This document shows positions 16,001 through 21,813 of a stretch of 25,819 bases of DNA, in pieces. Numbering within the stretch: position 1 is the first letter of the stretch; the number at the start of each line of letters is the position of its first letter. The stretch lies in the IMG/VR virus record IMGVR_UViG_3300043602_000052, positions 1 to 25,819 of that record; one strand, written 5' to 3'. The translations under genes were made by a program, and so were the position numbers. Source of the DNA: a virus. The notes under the pieces are model-generated. The model had not been told where the DNA came from. It made no database searches and saw nothing but the letters and a program-made list of their open reading frames with translations.

Positions 16001-16415
16001 CGTGCCCATCCTCCGCGGCGACGATGTCAACGTGTTTATCGTCGTCAACGACGTCGCGGCGCAAGCGGCCCTGGCGGCGCTGATTGGCGGCGACGGCGTG
16101 CAGGAGCACTACCTGCAAGACCGGCGCTTATCCATTCGCGAATGCACCGCACGCGCGCAGGCGCAGCTCGAACTCCGTCGCGATGTGCATGTCGAGATTC
16201 AGTTTCAGACGCACGACATCAACACGCGGGCGGGCTCGACGGTCAGCGTCAACCTTGGGGCGCCGTTCTTTCTGATCGGGGAGTTCGTCGTGCAGCAGGT
16301 GACGATCGATTTTATTCCGACGCGGCCGCCGATGCCGCCGCGGTTCACGGCGTCGGCGTCGTCGTATCGGTTGACGTTCGAAGATTTACTCCGCGCGATT
16401 AAAGCGAAGGACTGA
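13074..16415 (+). CDS. Large tail-tip / central fibre protein (1113 aa) with two internal repeat arrays
   Basis: ATGA overlap with the tape-measure stop. The conserved-looking N-terminal (~250 aa) and C-terminal (~110 aa) parts bracket repeat arrays. No enzymatic motif seen. Confidence 0.8.
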   Translation: MILTDARAGLARSGATRSGYPVLEGFKVPLFALSNIARSGATRSNYVDTGHVFIDIGGVNAADHVLYANAQIVDTLDETPTTGTLSTFQFHPVEGQEVIIRLGSQNQSRRLFAGNIIAIDRSYAGKPANAIDTCRLIDYTWGLGKRQVRTRYLSTTVAAIVADLVATYAPGYGWRVEADIGAEVLDEITFTETSLPGCLSQLTRRVGGNWICDYQKVVQVFFENTLATNPAPLNAVHPTLLQFQATRDLSQIVTRALVEGGGVTAFATCAVGETILPLDGEPSWYSPSGGTVVAGPQRITYTGVSSSTGGGMVGPGASPTGRPTLTQATGSGIEAGTHSYAVTFTTASGESVAGPVATIDVGPVAAPLTAPAVGEPQGGLGPEVGTHGYAVTFLTASGETMAGPTVSVATGIADPPTTAPVVGVPTPSATGVDAGQHEYAVSFVNANGETTPGPIGGAAATAAMPAPDVSPSLAPAAGAGLGLGGYYYVYTFATAAGETTQSPWGYIGTGGVTPPPVSSVANDTGGGSAVAWVTGDALYFRTAYQGASGVVSVMSPQSATIIATSLSGSTAHAAQVTLTRSADPLVTNIRVYLNRNGTWVGYSTGPNSTMTGFVTSAPNAGSPPTVLQQVAVSGIATGPPGTTARRIFRSPVNGSGLKLCAILADNVTTGFLDAKPDAMLDTPVPPATNTAATNSSMPVQGIEKGPTGTSGRKLYRRSGGAPGLKLVTTIANNSATTYTDTTPNASLGAAPPTVNTATTRVIPLTAIAIGAGALVTARKVYRTAANAAQLKLLTTLADNTTTAFLDTVVDASLGANVPTSTTATANRVTLTAIPVGAAAVTSRKLYRTAANAAQLKLLTTLADNVTTTYTDSSSLAVLGANVPVADTSGLTQPQGSVYPGATSFQVANIGPFPPSGWAVIGNGQQVIRYTSVTGSVLGGIPSTGAGSIVAAISFNSTVTAAPVLTGIPASGTGSIRVPILRGDDVNVFIVVNDVAAQAALAALIGGDGVQEHYLQDRRLSIRECTARAQAQLELRRDVHVEIQFQTHDINTRAGSTVSVNLGAPFFLIGEFVVQQVTIDFIPTRPPMPPRFTASASSYRLTFEDLLRAIKAKD
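14079..14610 (+). repeat. 4 x ~49-aa protein repeat (G-[TQG]-H-x-Y-A-V-[TS]-F-x-T-A-x-G-E-[ST]...GP)
   Basis: Units start at 14079, 14226, 14376 and 14523: GTHSYAVTFTTASGESVAGP / GTHGYAVTFLTASGETMAGP / GQHEYAVSFVNANGETTPGP / GGYYYVYTFATAAGETTQSP. Confidence 0.85.
14838..15740 (+). repeat. 5 x ~56-67-aa protein repeat (R-[IKV]-x-[YF]-R...LKL..T[IL]A[DN]N.TT.[FY].D)
   Basis: The conserved aromatic residue falls at 14847, 15015, 15216, 15414 and 15609. The last two units share an identical 19-aa block. Confidence 0.85.
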
Positions 16416-16416
16416 C

Positions 16417-17274
16417 ATGGCGATTACGCGCACCGCGTGGATCGACGACGACGGGTCGGGGACGACCGGCACCGTCATCAACAACGCCGAAAAGACGCTG
16501 CTCTACGATCAGATCGACGCCGCGCTCGTGACGACGGAAACGGGCGCCGCGCCATCGATGATCACGGTTGCGACCACGGGGACGATCAATACACTTCCAC
16601 TTCCGCCCGGTCGCGGTGATCTGACGGTGCTGATGATCAACGCGGCGCCCGCCACGATCAACGGCATCGCGGCGGGCCTGAACGGCCAACGGTTGACGGT
16701 CCTTGTACAAAACGGCGCCGTGAGCCTGTCGCATCTGAGCGCGTCGGCGGGAAGCACGGCGCAACGATTACTCAACTTTGCGGCGTCGGCGGCGACACCG
16801 CTCGCGGCCACGGTCGGGGCCGGGACCGCCGCCGCTGAGTATGTGTACGACGGGAATTACGCCCAACTCTGGCGCATGGTCGCGCATGAACAAGGCGCGT
16901 GGATTACGCCGCCGTTTAGCGCGGCGAATTTTAGCGGCTATACCGGCGGCGCTGTGTGGACGGTCGCGGCGGGTAATGTGACGGCGCTCCGGTACCGGCT
17001 CAGTGGGCGCAGTCTGACGCTGACATATGCGCTCGCAAGCACGACTGTCTCCGGCACGGCGACAAGCACGCTGGCGATCCAGAACGGCGCGTTTGGTGGG
17101 TTCACGCTGCTCCCAGGGTTTGATGTCGGCACGGTGTTGGATGGAAGCGCGGCGTTGATCAGCGGCTATGTTGAATCCTTGACAACACTCGTGGCGTTGC
17201 ATAAAGCAGGCGCGGCAAATTGGACGGCCGGGACTGTCGGCGCCTACGGCACAGTGAGCTTTGAGGTCACCTAA
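16417..17274 (+). CDS. Tail fibre / receptor-binding-region protein (285 aa)
   Basis: Starts 2 nt after the upstream stop. N-terminus ITRTAWIDDDGSGTTGTVINNAEKTLLYDQID is typical of fibre-associated proteins. Ala/Gly/Thr-rich, beta-type composition. Confidence 0.6.
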   Translation: MAITRTAWIDDDGSGTTGTVINNAEKTLLYDQIDAALVTTETGAAPSMITVATTGTINTLPLPPGRGDLTVLMINAAPATINGIAAGLNGQRLTVLVQNGAVSLSHLSASAGSTAQRLLNFAASAATPLAATVGAGTAAAEYVYDGNYAQLWRMVAHEQGAWITPPFSAANFSGYTGGAVWTVAAGNVTALRYRLSGRSLTLTYALASTTVSGTATSTLAIQNGAFGGFTLLPGFDVGTVLDGSAALISGYVESLTTLVALHKAGAANWTAGTVGAYGTVSFEVT

Positions 17275-17289
17275 CGAAAGGCGGCGTGT

Positions 17290-17580
17290 ATGAGTGTCGG
17301 CCTGCCCGTCACGAAAAGCGAAATCGACTCGCGCAGCGGCGACATTGCGCGGACGTTTCAGAAAAGCTTCGAGGATGTCTTCACGATGCAAGGCTATCTG
17401 GAGCAGACCCCGAACGCGGACCTGATCGCGCTCGGCTACACCGACGCCGAAGTCGCGCAACTCAAAACCGCGTTCGCCGACCTGACCGAGCTGGGCTCGA
17501 TTTGGACTGGCGGCCCCGGCACGGTACCGAAGGATTACCGGACGTTTGTGCGCCTCCTGTGGGGCGTGGGAGCTTTCTGA
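17290..17580 (+). CDS. Hypothetical protein (96 aa)
   Basis: ATG at 17290, strong codon bias, stop overlapping the next start (TGATG). Confidence 0.65.
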   Translation: MSVGLPVTKSEIDSRSGDIARTFQKSFEDVFTMQGYLEQTPNADLIALGYTDAEVAQLKTAFADLTELGSIWTGGPGTVPKDYRTFVRLLWGVGAF

Positions 17581-17747
17581 TGACTACGCCAACCCCGTTA
17601 CCCGCGAACGACGATCCGCGCGACCGGCCCGACCGCGTGCCGCGGCCCGATGTCGGCGTGCCCGCACCGCCGCATCCCGACCAGGGCGTGCCGGATCCCG
17701 AGCATCCCGACCGGCCCGACCCGCCGACGAAAGACCCACGGCGATGA
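17580..17747 (+). CDS. Pro/Asp-rich disordered small protein (55 aa)
   Basis: Coupled at both ends (TGATG at 17578-17582, ATGA at 17744-17747). High GC3 in this frame. Confidence 0.5.
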   Translation: MTTPTPLPANDDPRDRPDRVPRPDVGVPAPPHPDQGVPDPEHPDRPDPPTKDPRR

Positions 17748-17872
17748 CGCCCAAAACCATCCTGCTGGTGATTGCTGCGGTGTGCTTCCTGCTGGCGGCG
17801 CTGCCGCTGCCGCTCGGCGTGCGCGTCGAGTGGCTCGGCGTGATGTTCGTGATTCTGAGCCTGCTGGTATGA
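17744..17872 (+). CDS. Small membrane protein (42 aa), holin-like candidate
   Basis: MTPKTILLVIAAVCFLLAALPLPLGVRVEWLGVMFVILSLLV has one or two hydrophobic spans. ATGA coupling on both sides. Confidence 0.5.
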   Translation: MTPKTILLVIAAVCFLLAALPLPLGVRVEWLGVMFVILSLLV

Positions 17873-18498
17873 CCAACTACAGCCAGGTGTTCGCGGACAC
17901 GCTCGCGCTGTATGAGTCCAACTACGTGCCCGGGGACCAAGGCGACGCGGGCAAGGGGCAAGTGTGCGTGCGTGCCGGTTATACCATCCACACGACGCTG
18001 GATGCGTCGGTGGGCTACATCGCCAAAAACCCCGGGCAGACGCAATTTTACGGCGTCGCCGTCGATGCGCTGCAAGACAAGAGCGACGGGTTCGGCGCCG
18101 ACTATCTCACCGATGAACTCCAGCCCGACGGCCGCCGCCTGATCAAGCTGGCCTACACGCCGTACCCAACGCCCGCGGTGCCGCCGACGACCGGCTGGGT
18201 CGCGCCAACCGCAGCGATGCTCGAGCATCCCGGCCCGCTGACGCTCAAGGCGACGACCCCGGCCCCGACCCCGGAACCGCCCGCGCCCAGCAAGGACGAC
18301 GAGATCCTGTCCGCGCTCGACGACATGCGGGCGCAAGCGGCCGCCGACAAAGCCGAACTGCTGGCGCGCGACGACGCCAATACGCAGAAGTCGATGCAGC
18401 AGATCAGCGACCTGATCGAGGACGTCGAAGCGTCGCTGAAGAAAGCCGGAATCGCGCTCGTCATCCATCGGCGCCGAAAGGGCGAAGGCACCCCATGA
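17869..18498 (+). CDS. Hypothetical protein (209 aa) with a Pro-rich linker and C-terminal coiled coil
   Basis: ATG at 17869 overlaps the upstream TGA. This is the in-frame part of track ORF 17650..18498. No catalytic motif recognised. Confidence 0.65.
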   Translation: MTNYSQVFADTLALYESNYVPGDQGDAGKGQVCVRAGYTIHTTLDASVGYIAKNPGQTQFYGVAVDALQDKSDGFGADYLTDELQPDGRRLIKLAYTPYPTPAVPPTTGWVAPTAAMLEHPGPLTLKATTPAPTPEPPAPSKDDEILSALDDMRAQAAADKAELLARDDANTQKSMQQISDLIEDVEASLKKAGIALVIHRRRKGEGTP

Positions 18499-19799
18499 GC
18501 CAGGAACAGCTTGACCTCGTCGCGCAGATGGAAGCGCAGCTCGCCGCCGTCGATGAGACGCTCGCCGCACTGAAGGAGACGCTGACCGACACTGAACCAG
18601 AGCCGCCCGACCCGCCGGGGATGATCTTTATCGACAACGAAGCCGACCTCGACGCCGCCATCGCCGAGGCGCTGCCGGGCGATAACCTCGTCATCGCGAA
18701 CGAGCTGGTGTATTCGAAGGCCCTGACGATCAGCAAGGCGCTCACGCTGACGGCCGAGACGGTGCCGGAGGGCCGGATGACGCGCGAGCCCACGCTGCCG
18801 CTGTTCACGGCCGGGCTCAAGGTCACCGCCGCCGACGTCACGCTCATCGGCCTGGAGGTGAACCACACCAACCACACGACCGACATCGTCATCGTCAGCG
18901 GCGCCAACGTGACGCTGGACCGCTGCCGCATTCTCGGTGACCCGTCCGAAGGCGCGAAGCGCGGCGTCGGCGCGAATGCCGCCAACCTCACGATCCGCCA
19001 GTGCTTCATCGCCGATTGTTTCGGGCCGTACCCGGGCAACGACACGCAGGCCATCTGCGCGTGGGACACGCCTGGCCCGCTGCTGATCGAGGATAACTAT
19101 CTGGAGGCCGGGAGCGAGACGATCATGATGGGCGGCAGCGACCCGTCCTGCGAAGCGAACGTGCCCACGGACATCACCATCCGCGGCAACACGATCACCG
19201 CGAACCCCATCTGGCAGCAGCAAGCCGTGAACGTAAAAAGCCGGTTGGAGTTGAAGAACGCGAAGCACGTGCTGATCGAGGACAACGACATCAGCCAGTG
19301 TTGGGGCGGGCACGGGCAGGACGGCTACTTGCTGACGTTGACGGTGCGCAACCAGGGCGGCGACGCCCCGTACTCGACCGTCCAAAATGTGATCGTTCGG
19401 CGCAATCACTTCTCCCACGGCGCCGCCGCCATCAACCTGCTGGGCGAGGACGACAACTACGACAGCACGCGGATGGCCGACATCGAAATCGTCGACAACG
19501 TGTTCGAGGACATCAACCACACGACCTACACCGGCTCACCCAAGCTGATGCTGATCGGCCGCGGGCCGCTGCGGACGACCATCGGCTCGAACACGTTTAG
19601 CGGCGGGTCGCACACCTCCACGATTTACTTCCACAGCCCGACCCCGAAATGCGAGGAGTTCCACGTCGTCGACAACACCTGGCCGGAATCGAAGTATGGG
19701 ATCTTCGGCACGGACATGCCGAGCGGCGTCAGCGCGTGGGACTACTACGTCGAGTCGGGGAGCTGCGAGGGCAACGTCACCGTCCCGAAAGAGGACTAG
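18495..19799 (+). CDS. Right-handed beta-helix (pectate-lyase-fold) tailspike / polysaccharide depolymerase candidate
   Basis: Successive rung-like segments: NLVIAN, VTLIGLEVN, VTLDRCRILGD, LTIRQCFIADC, LLIEDNYLEAG, ITIRGNTITAN, VLIEDNDISQC, VIVRRNHFSHG, IEIVDNVFEDI. N-terminal coiled coil. Confidence 0.7.
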   Translation: MSQEQLDLVAQMEAQLAAVDETLAALKETLTDTEPEPPDPPGMIFIDNEADLDAAIAEALPGDNLVIANELVYSKALTISKALTLTAETVPEGRMTREPTLPLFTAGLKVTAADVTLIGLEVNHTNHTTDIVIVSGANVTLDRCRILGDPSEGAKRGVGANAANLTIRQCFIADCFGPYPGNDTQAICAWDTPGPLLIEDNYLEAGSETIMMGGSDPSCEANVPTDITIRGNTITANPIWQQQAVNVKSRLELKNAKHVLIEDNDISQCWGGHGQDGYLLTLTVRNQGGDAPYSTVQNVIVRRNHFSHGAAAINLLGEDDNYDSTRMADIEIVDNVFEDINHTTYTGSPKLMLIGRGPLRTTIGSNTFSGGSHTSTIYFHSPTPKCEEFHVVDNTWPESKYGIFGTDMPSGVSAWDYYVESGSCEGNVTVPKED

Positions 19800-19834
19800 G
19801 CGCCCCGCTTAGGAGGCGAGGGTAAAGCCGCTGC

Positions 19835-19999
19835 TCATTGGTCTTTCGCGATCAGTTGCTTGATCAGCTTCTCAGCTTCGTCGCGGCGGATCGGGGAATT
19901 GGCGGACTGGGCCATCCAACTGATCAGGGTGCCCAGCACTTCTTTGGTGCGGGCGAGGTCGTTGCGGATCGTGGTTAGTTCAGCATCGCGATTGGTCAT
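19835..19999 (-). CDS. Hypothetical small helical protein (54 aa), last gene of the accessory cassette; below the ORF-track size cutoff
   Basis: Manual translation of the minus strand: MTNRDAELTTIRNDLARTKEVLGTLISWMAQSANSPIRRDEAEKLIKQLIAKDQ*. GGAG 5 nt upstream of the ATG, inside the 37-nt repeat. Confidence 0.55.
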   Translation of the reverse strand: MTNRDAELTTIRNDLARTKEVLGTLISWMAQSANSPIRRDEAEKLIKQLIAKDQ

Positions 20000-20032
20000 C
20001 TCGGCTCCGTGGCGGCGCGGGTGACGCGCCCG
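19996..20032 (-). repeat. 37-nt perfect intercistronic repeat, copy 1 (hairpin + SD + start codon)
   Basis: tcatctcggctccgtggcggcgcgggtgacgcgcccg is identical to 20245-20281. On the minus strand it reads CGGGCGCGTCACCCGCGCCGCCACGGAGCCGAGATGA, with stem GGCGCG/CGCGCC and a 5-nt loop. Confidence 0.95.
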
Positions 20033-20248
20033 CTATTCATGGTGCTTGCGACTCTCAGGCGCGTGGTCGTTGTGAACCGGGCAGTTGAAGTCGTGCTTGT
20101 CGATCTCGCAGATACATGCCTCAGTCGGTGGGGGCTCCGCTGCGAGCAGGGCTTCCAGTGTGGTGAACTCTTCGTCGGTGATCTCGTAGAGATCCCGGCC
20201 TGGGCTGACGCAATACGGTTTCAGTAGTCGTCGGATGTCGATGCTCAT
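20033..20248 (-). CDS. Hypothetical protein (71 aa), Cys/His cluster, ends ...KHHE
   Basis: ATG embedded in repeat copy 2. ACICEIDKHDFNCPVHNDH motif. Confidence 0.6.
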   Translation of the reverse strand: MSIDIRRLLKPYCVSPGRDLYEITDEEFTTLEALLAAEPPPTEACICEIDKHDFNCPVHNDHAPESRKHHE

Positions 20249-20281
20249 CTCGGCTCCGTGGCGGCGCGGGTGACGCGCCCG
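20245..20281 (-). repeat. 37-nt perfect intercistronic repeat, copy 2
   Basis: Identical to 19996-20032. Lies between the stop of the 67-aa ORF and the start of the 71-aa ORF. Confidence 0.95.
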
Positions 20282-20292
20282 ATGTCTCGTGT

Positions 20293-20496
20293 TCAGTCAT
20301 GGTGTTGTTGCCAGTGCTCGAACGCGTTCCAGTCATCAAACGGATGGCGTCCCGTGGCCCGCTGATAGGTCGCGGCCAGCTCGTCGTAGCGCCGCATGTG
20401 TGCATGAAATTCGTGATGGCTGCGCGGGTCGCACTGCTCGCAACAGCCGCGAATCAGAACAGCCGCACGTCCGCACGTCCAGCACGAAAACGCCAT
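20293..20496 (-). CDS. Hypothetical Zn-ribbon-like protein (67 aa), ends ...QHHD
   Basis: CWTC...CCEQC motif. Its start abuts the stop of the upstream gene (20497). Confidence 0.6.
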   Translation of the reverse strand: MAFSCWTCGRAAVLIRGCCEQCDPRSHHEFHAHMRRYDELAATYQRATGRHPFDDWNAFEHWQQHHD

Positions 20497-20865
20497 TTAC
20501 CCGTTCAACGCGCGGATGAGTGCGCGTGCGGCTGGGATGAGGCCGGGCGGGCACATGTCGGGACCATCGACGTGTGCATAGTGGCGGGCATCGTCTAACA
20601 GTTCACCCACGGCCGGATCATCTTTCGCAATGTAGTAGTGCGTTTTTGTTTCGCGCACGACGACCGGCGTGGGCAGTTCGCGCTCGGCGTGGTCGTCGAA
20701 GAACCGCGTCGGAATACGAACCACGGTCGGCGCCCTGCGGGGGCGGCCGCCGCGCTTGCCGTTCTCGCGGCTGCTGGCGGTCTTACGCGCGGACTTCACG
20801 GCGCCGCCTTTCAGGCCGCCGAGGCGACCGAGGGCGACGGCGGCGGGATTCTTCGCGGCCTTCAT
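20497..20865 (-). CDS. Hypothetical protein (122 aa) with a basic Lys/Gly/Arg-rich N-terminus (NPAAVALGRLGGLKGG...GKRGGRPRR)
   Basis: ATGA overlap with the upstream gene. The N-terminal basic motif suggests nucleic-acid binding. The remainder is unassignable. Confidence 0.65.
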   Translation of the reverse strand: MKAAKNPAAVALGRLGGLKGGAVKSARKTASSRENGKRGGRPRRAPTVVRIPTRFFDDHAERELPTPVVVRETKTHYYIAKDDPAVGELLDDARHYAHVDGPDMCPPGLIPAARALIRALNG

Positions 20866-21248
20866 GAGCGGTCCCCATTCACGTAGGCGATGAGGCGGGC
20901 GCGGAAGGCGAGGCCACCGTAGTCGGGATAAACGGCCTCAGCCGCATCCTCGACCGTTTCGTTCTTTTCGTCGAGGCGGCAGATCACGCGGTCGTGTGCC
21001 TCGCGCAGGGTATCAGCATCAAACCGTTCCAGAACTTTCTGGAGGTCGGCTTTGGCGGCGGCGAGGGAGTCGAGGTAGCCGCTGCGGCGGCTGGGTTCGA
21101 GGCGGTCGCGCCAGAACCACACGGTGTCGTTCTGAAAAATCGTCCCTTCGCGGGTGCGGTTGATCTCGTAGCGGTCGTTGACGAGGTACTGACCGGGCGC
21201 GAGGCGGGTCAGTTTGAGGGCGGCTGCGGTCGACGTCGTGTTCTTCAT
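20862..21248 (-). CDS. Hypothetical protein (128 aa), first gene of the accessory cassette
   Basis: The ATG lies 6 nt downstream of a -10 hexamer (leaderless geometry). Good codon bias. Confidence 0.7.
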   Translation of the reverse strand: MKNTTSTAAALKLTRLAPGQYLVNDRYEINRTREGTIFQNDTVWFWRDRLEPSRRSGYLDSLAAAKADLQKVLERFDADTLREAHDRVICRLDEKNETVEDAAEAVYPDYGGLAFRARLIAYVNGDRS

Positions 21249-21283
21249 GTAGAGATAATACCAAAAGCGCTTTAGGTTGTCAA
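21249..21283 (-). promoter_or_regulatory. Near-consensus sigma70-type promoter, TTGACA-N17-TATTAT, followed 6 nt later by the ATG (leaderless)
   Basis: The minus strand reads tagTTGACAacctaaagcgcttttggTATTATctctacATG. -35 at 21283-21278, -10 at 21260-21255. Confidence 0.6.
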
Positions 21284-21613
21284 CTACAGAGGGTAGAGCC
21301 GCCGTCGCACCGCCTCAAGCACGGGACCGTCACCGACCGCTTGACCGCGGACGGCTTCGCGGACGATGGCGAGGATCTCAGCCTTTTGCGGGTCGGTAAA
21401 CGTGACGACCTTCGGTCCCGGCTCGGGTAGCGCGGCGCGGGCCTCCTCGCGCTGGCGCGCGCGCCAGGCTTGCATCTCGATCCGCGTGGCGACCTTCGGA
21501 AACATGCGCGAGTAGAACTTCCCGCCGACCCTCACGAACACCTGATAGCCGCTGTTGTGCTCGCGAATGCCGACGTTCGTGCCGTAGGCGACCTTGCCGA
21601 ATCTCATAGCCAT
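21284..21613 (-). CDS. Stand-alone integrase arm-type (AP2-like) DNA-binding-domain paralogue; candidate directionality factor or regulator
   Basis: GIREHNSGYQVFVRVGGKFYSRMFPKVATRIEMQAWRARQ aligns with the integrase N-terminus GQRRLPSGNIQVFCNVAGHYFSKTFPATSTPGERNAWRDR. Start is uncertain (TTG 21625, ATG 21613 or ATG 21607). Confidence 0.6.
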   Translation of the reverse strand: MAMRFGKVAYGTNVGIREHNSGYQVFVRVGGKFYSRMFPKVATRIEMQAWRARQREEARAALPEPGPKVVTFTDPQKAEILAIVREAVRGQAVGDGPVLEAVRRRLYPL

Positions 21614-21635
21614 ACAACCATACAACCTAATTTAC

Positions 21636-21649
21636 TTGCACGCGTGCAA
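21636..21649. promoter_or_regulatory. Perfect 14-bp palindrome TTGCACGCGTGCAA (two inverted CGTGCAA sites); candidate arm-type binding site
   Basis: Shares the CGTGCAA(C) word with 21708-21714 (TTGCAAC) and the triple repeat at 21861-21892. Confidence 0.4.
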
Positions 21650-21714
21650 CAATCCGAACCATGTGAGGCATTTACTGGCACGTTCTGGCAGGTTTGATTT
21701 CTCACATTTGCAAC

Positions 21715-21746
21715 GGGGATTTCGGGGATTTCGGGGAGATTCCCCG
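21715..21746. repeat. GGGGATTTC x2 tandem followed by hairpin CGGGGA-gat-TCCCCG
   Basis: Direct reading of 21715-21723 and 21724-21732. The hairpin spans 21732-21746. Confidence 0.6.
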
Positions 21747-21770
21747 CTATTTCCGGGCCTTTTGGAGTAG

Positions 21771-21813
21771 AGCGGGCTACGGGGATCGAACCCGTGTCCG
21801 AGGCTTGGGAAGC
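21771..21813 (-). other. attP core candidate: 3' half of a tRNA-Gly(CCC) (anticodon loop to discriminator), not a complete tRNA
   Basis: The minus strand reads GC-TTCCCAA-GCCTC-GGAC-ACGGG-TTCGATC-CCCGT-AGCCCGC-T. In order these are anticodon loop with CCC, 3' anticodon stem, 4-nt variable loop, canonical T-arm (G53, TTCGA, C61), 3' acceptor strand and U73 discriminator. There is no D-arm or matching 5' anticodon stem upstream. It starts directly after the int stop codon (21814-21816). Confidence 0.75.

Noticed and set aside
13074-16415. Diversity-generating retroelement targeting the repeat-rich tail protein
   Set aside because: There is no reverse transcriptase anywhere in the circle, and no template/variable repeat pair. 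Differences between repeat units are spread over all bases, mostly at synonymous wobble positions, rather than being adenine-specific.
18153-19520. Very long antisense ORFs opposite confirmed genes, including 18153..19520 (-), 3806..4714 (-), 7477..8520 (-), 17584..18570 (-), 21632..22813 (-), 24392..25417 (-) and 12037..12966 (-)
   Set aside because: These are typical shadow ORFs of GC-rich DNA. Their translations are Arg/Pro/Gly/Ala-rich with no motifs. The opposite or alternative frame carries clear family signatures and the third-position GC bias.
19800-19834. Bidirectional terminator between the convergent tailspike and accessory-cassette genes (CCCCGC-ttaggag-GCGAGGG)
   Set aside because: The stem is only 6 bp with a bulge, and neither strand has a flanking U-tract. 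It is too weak to call.
19996-20281. CRISPR-like array (37-nt perfect repeats)
   Set aside because: There are only two copies. The 212-nt interval between them is a coding ORF. The repeats contain an SD and a start codon. No cas genes are present.
21675-21690. Sigma54-like element CTGGCACGttctGGCA
   Set aside because: The -24 half matches, but the -12 element is GGCA rather than TTGC, and the GG-to-GC spacing is off by one. It would also point into the 3' end of int with no gene to drive.
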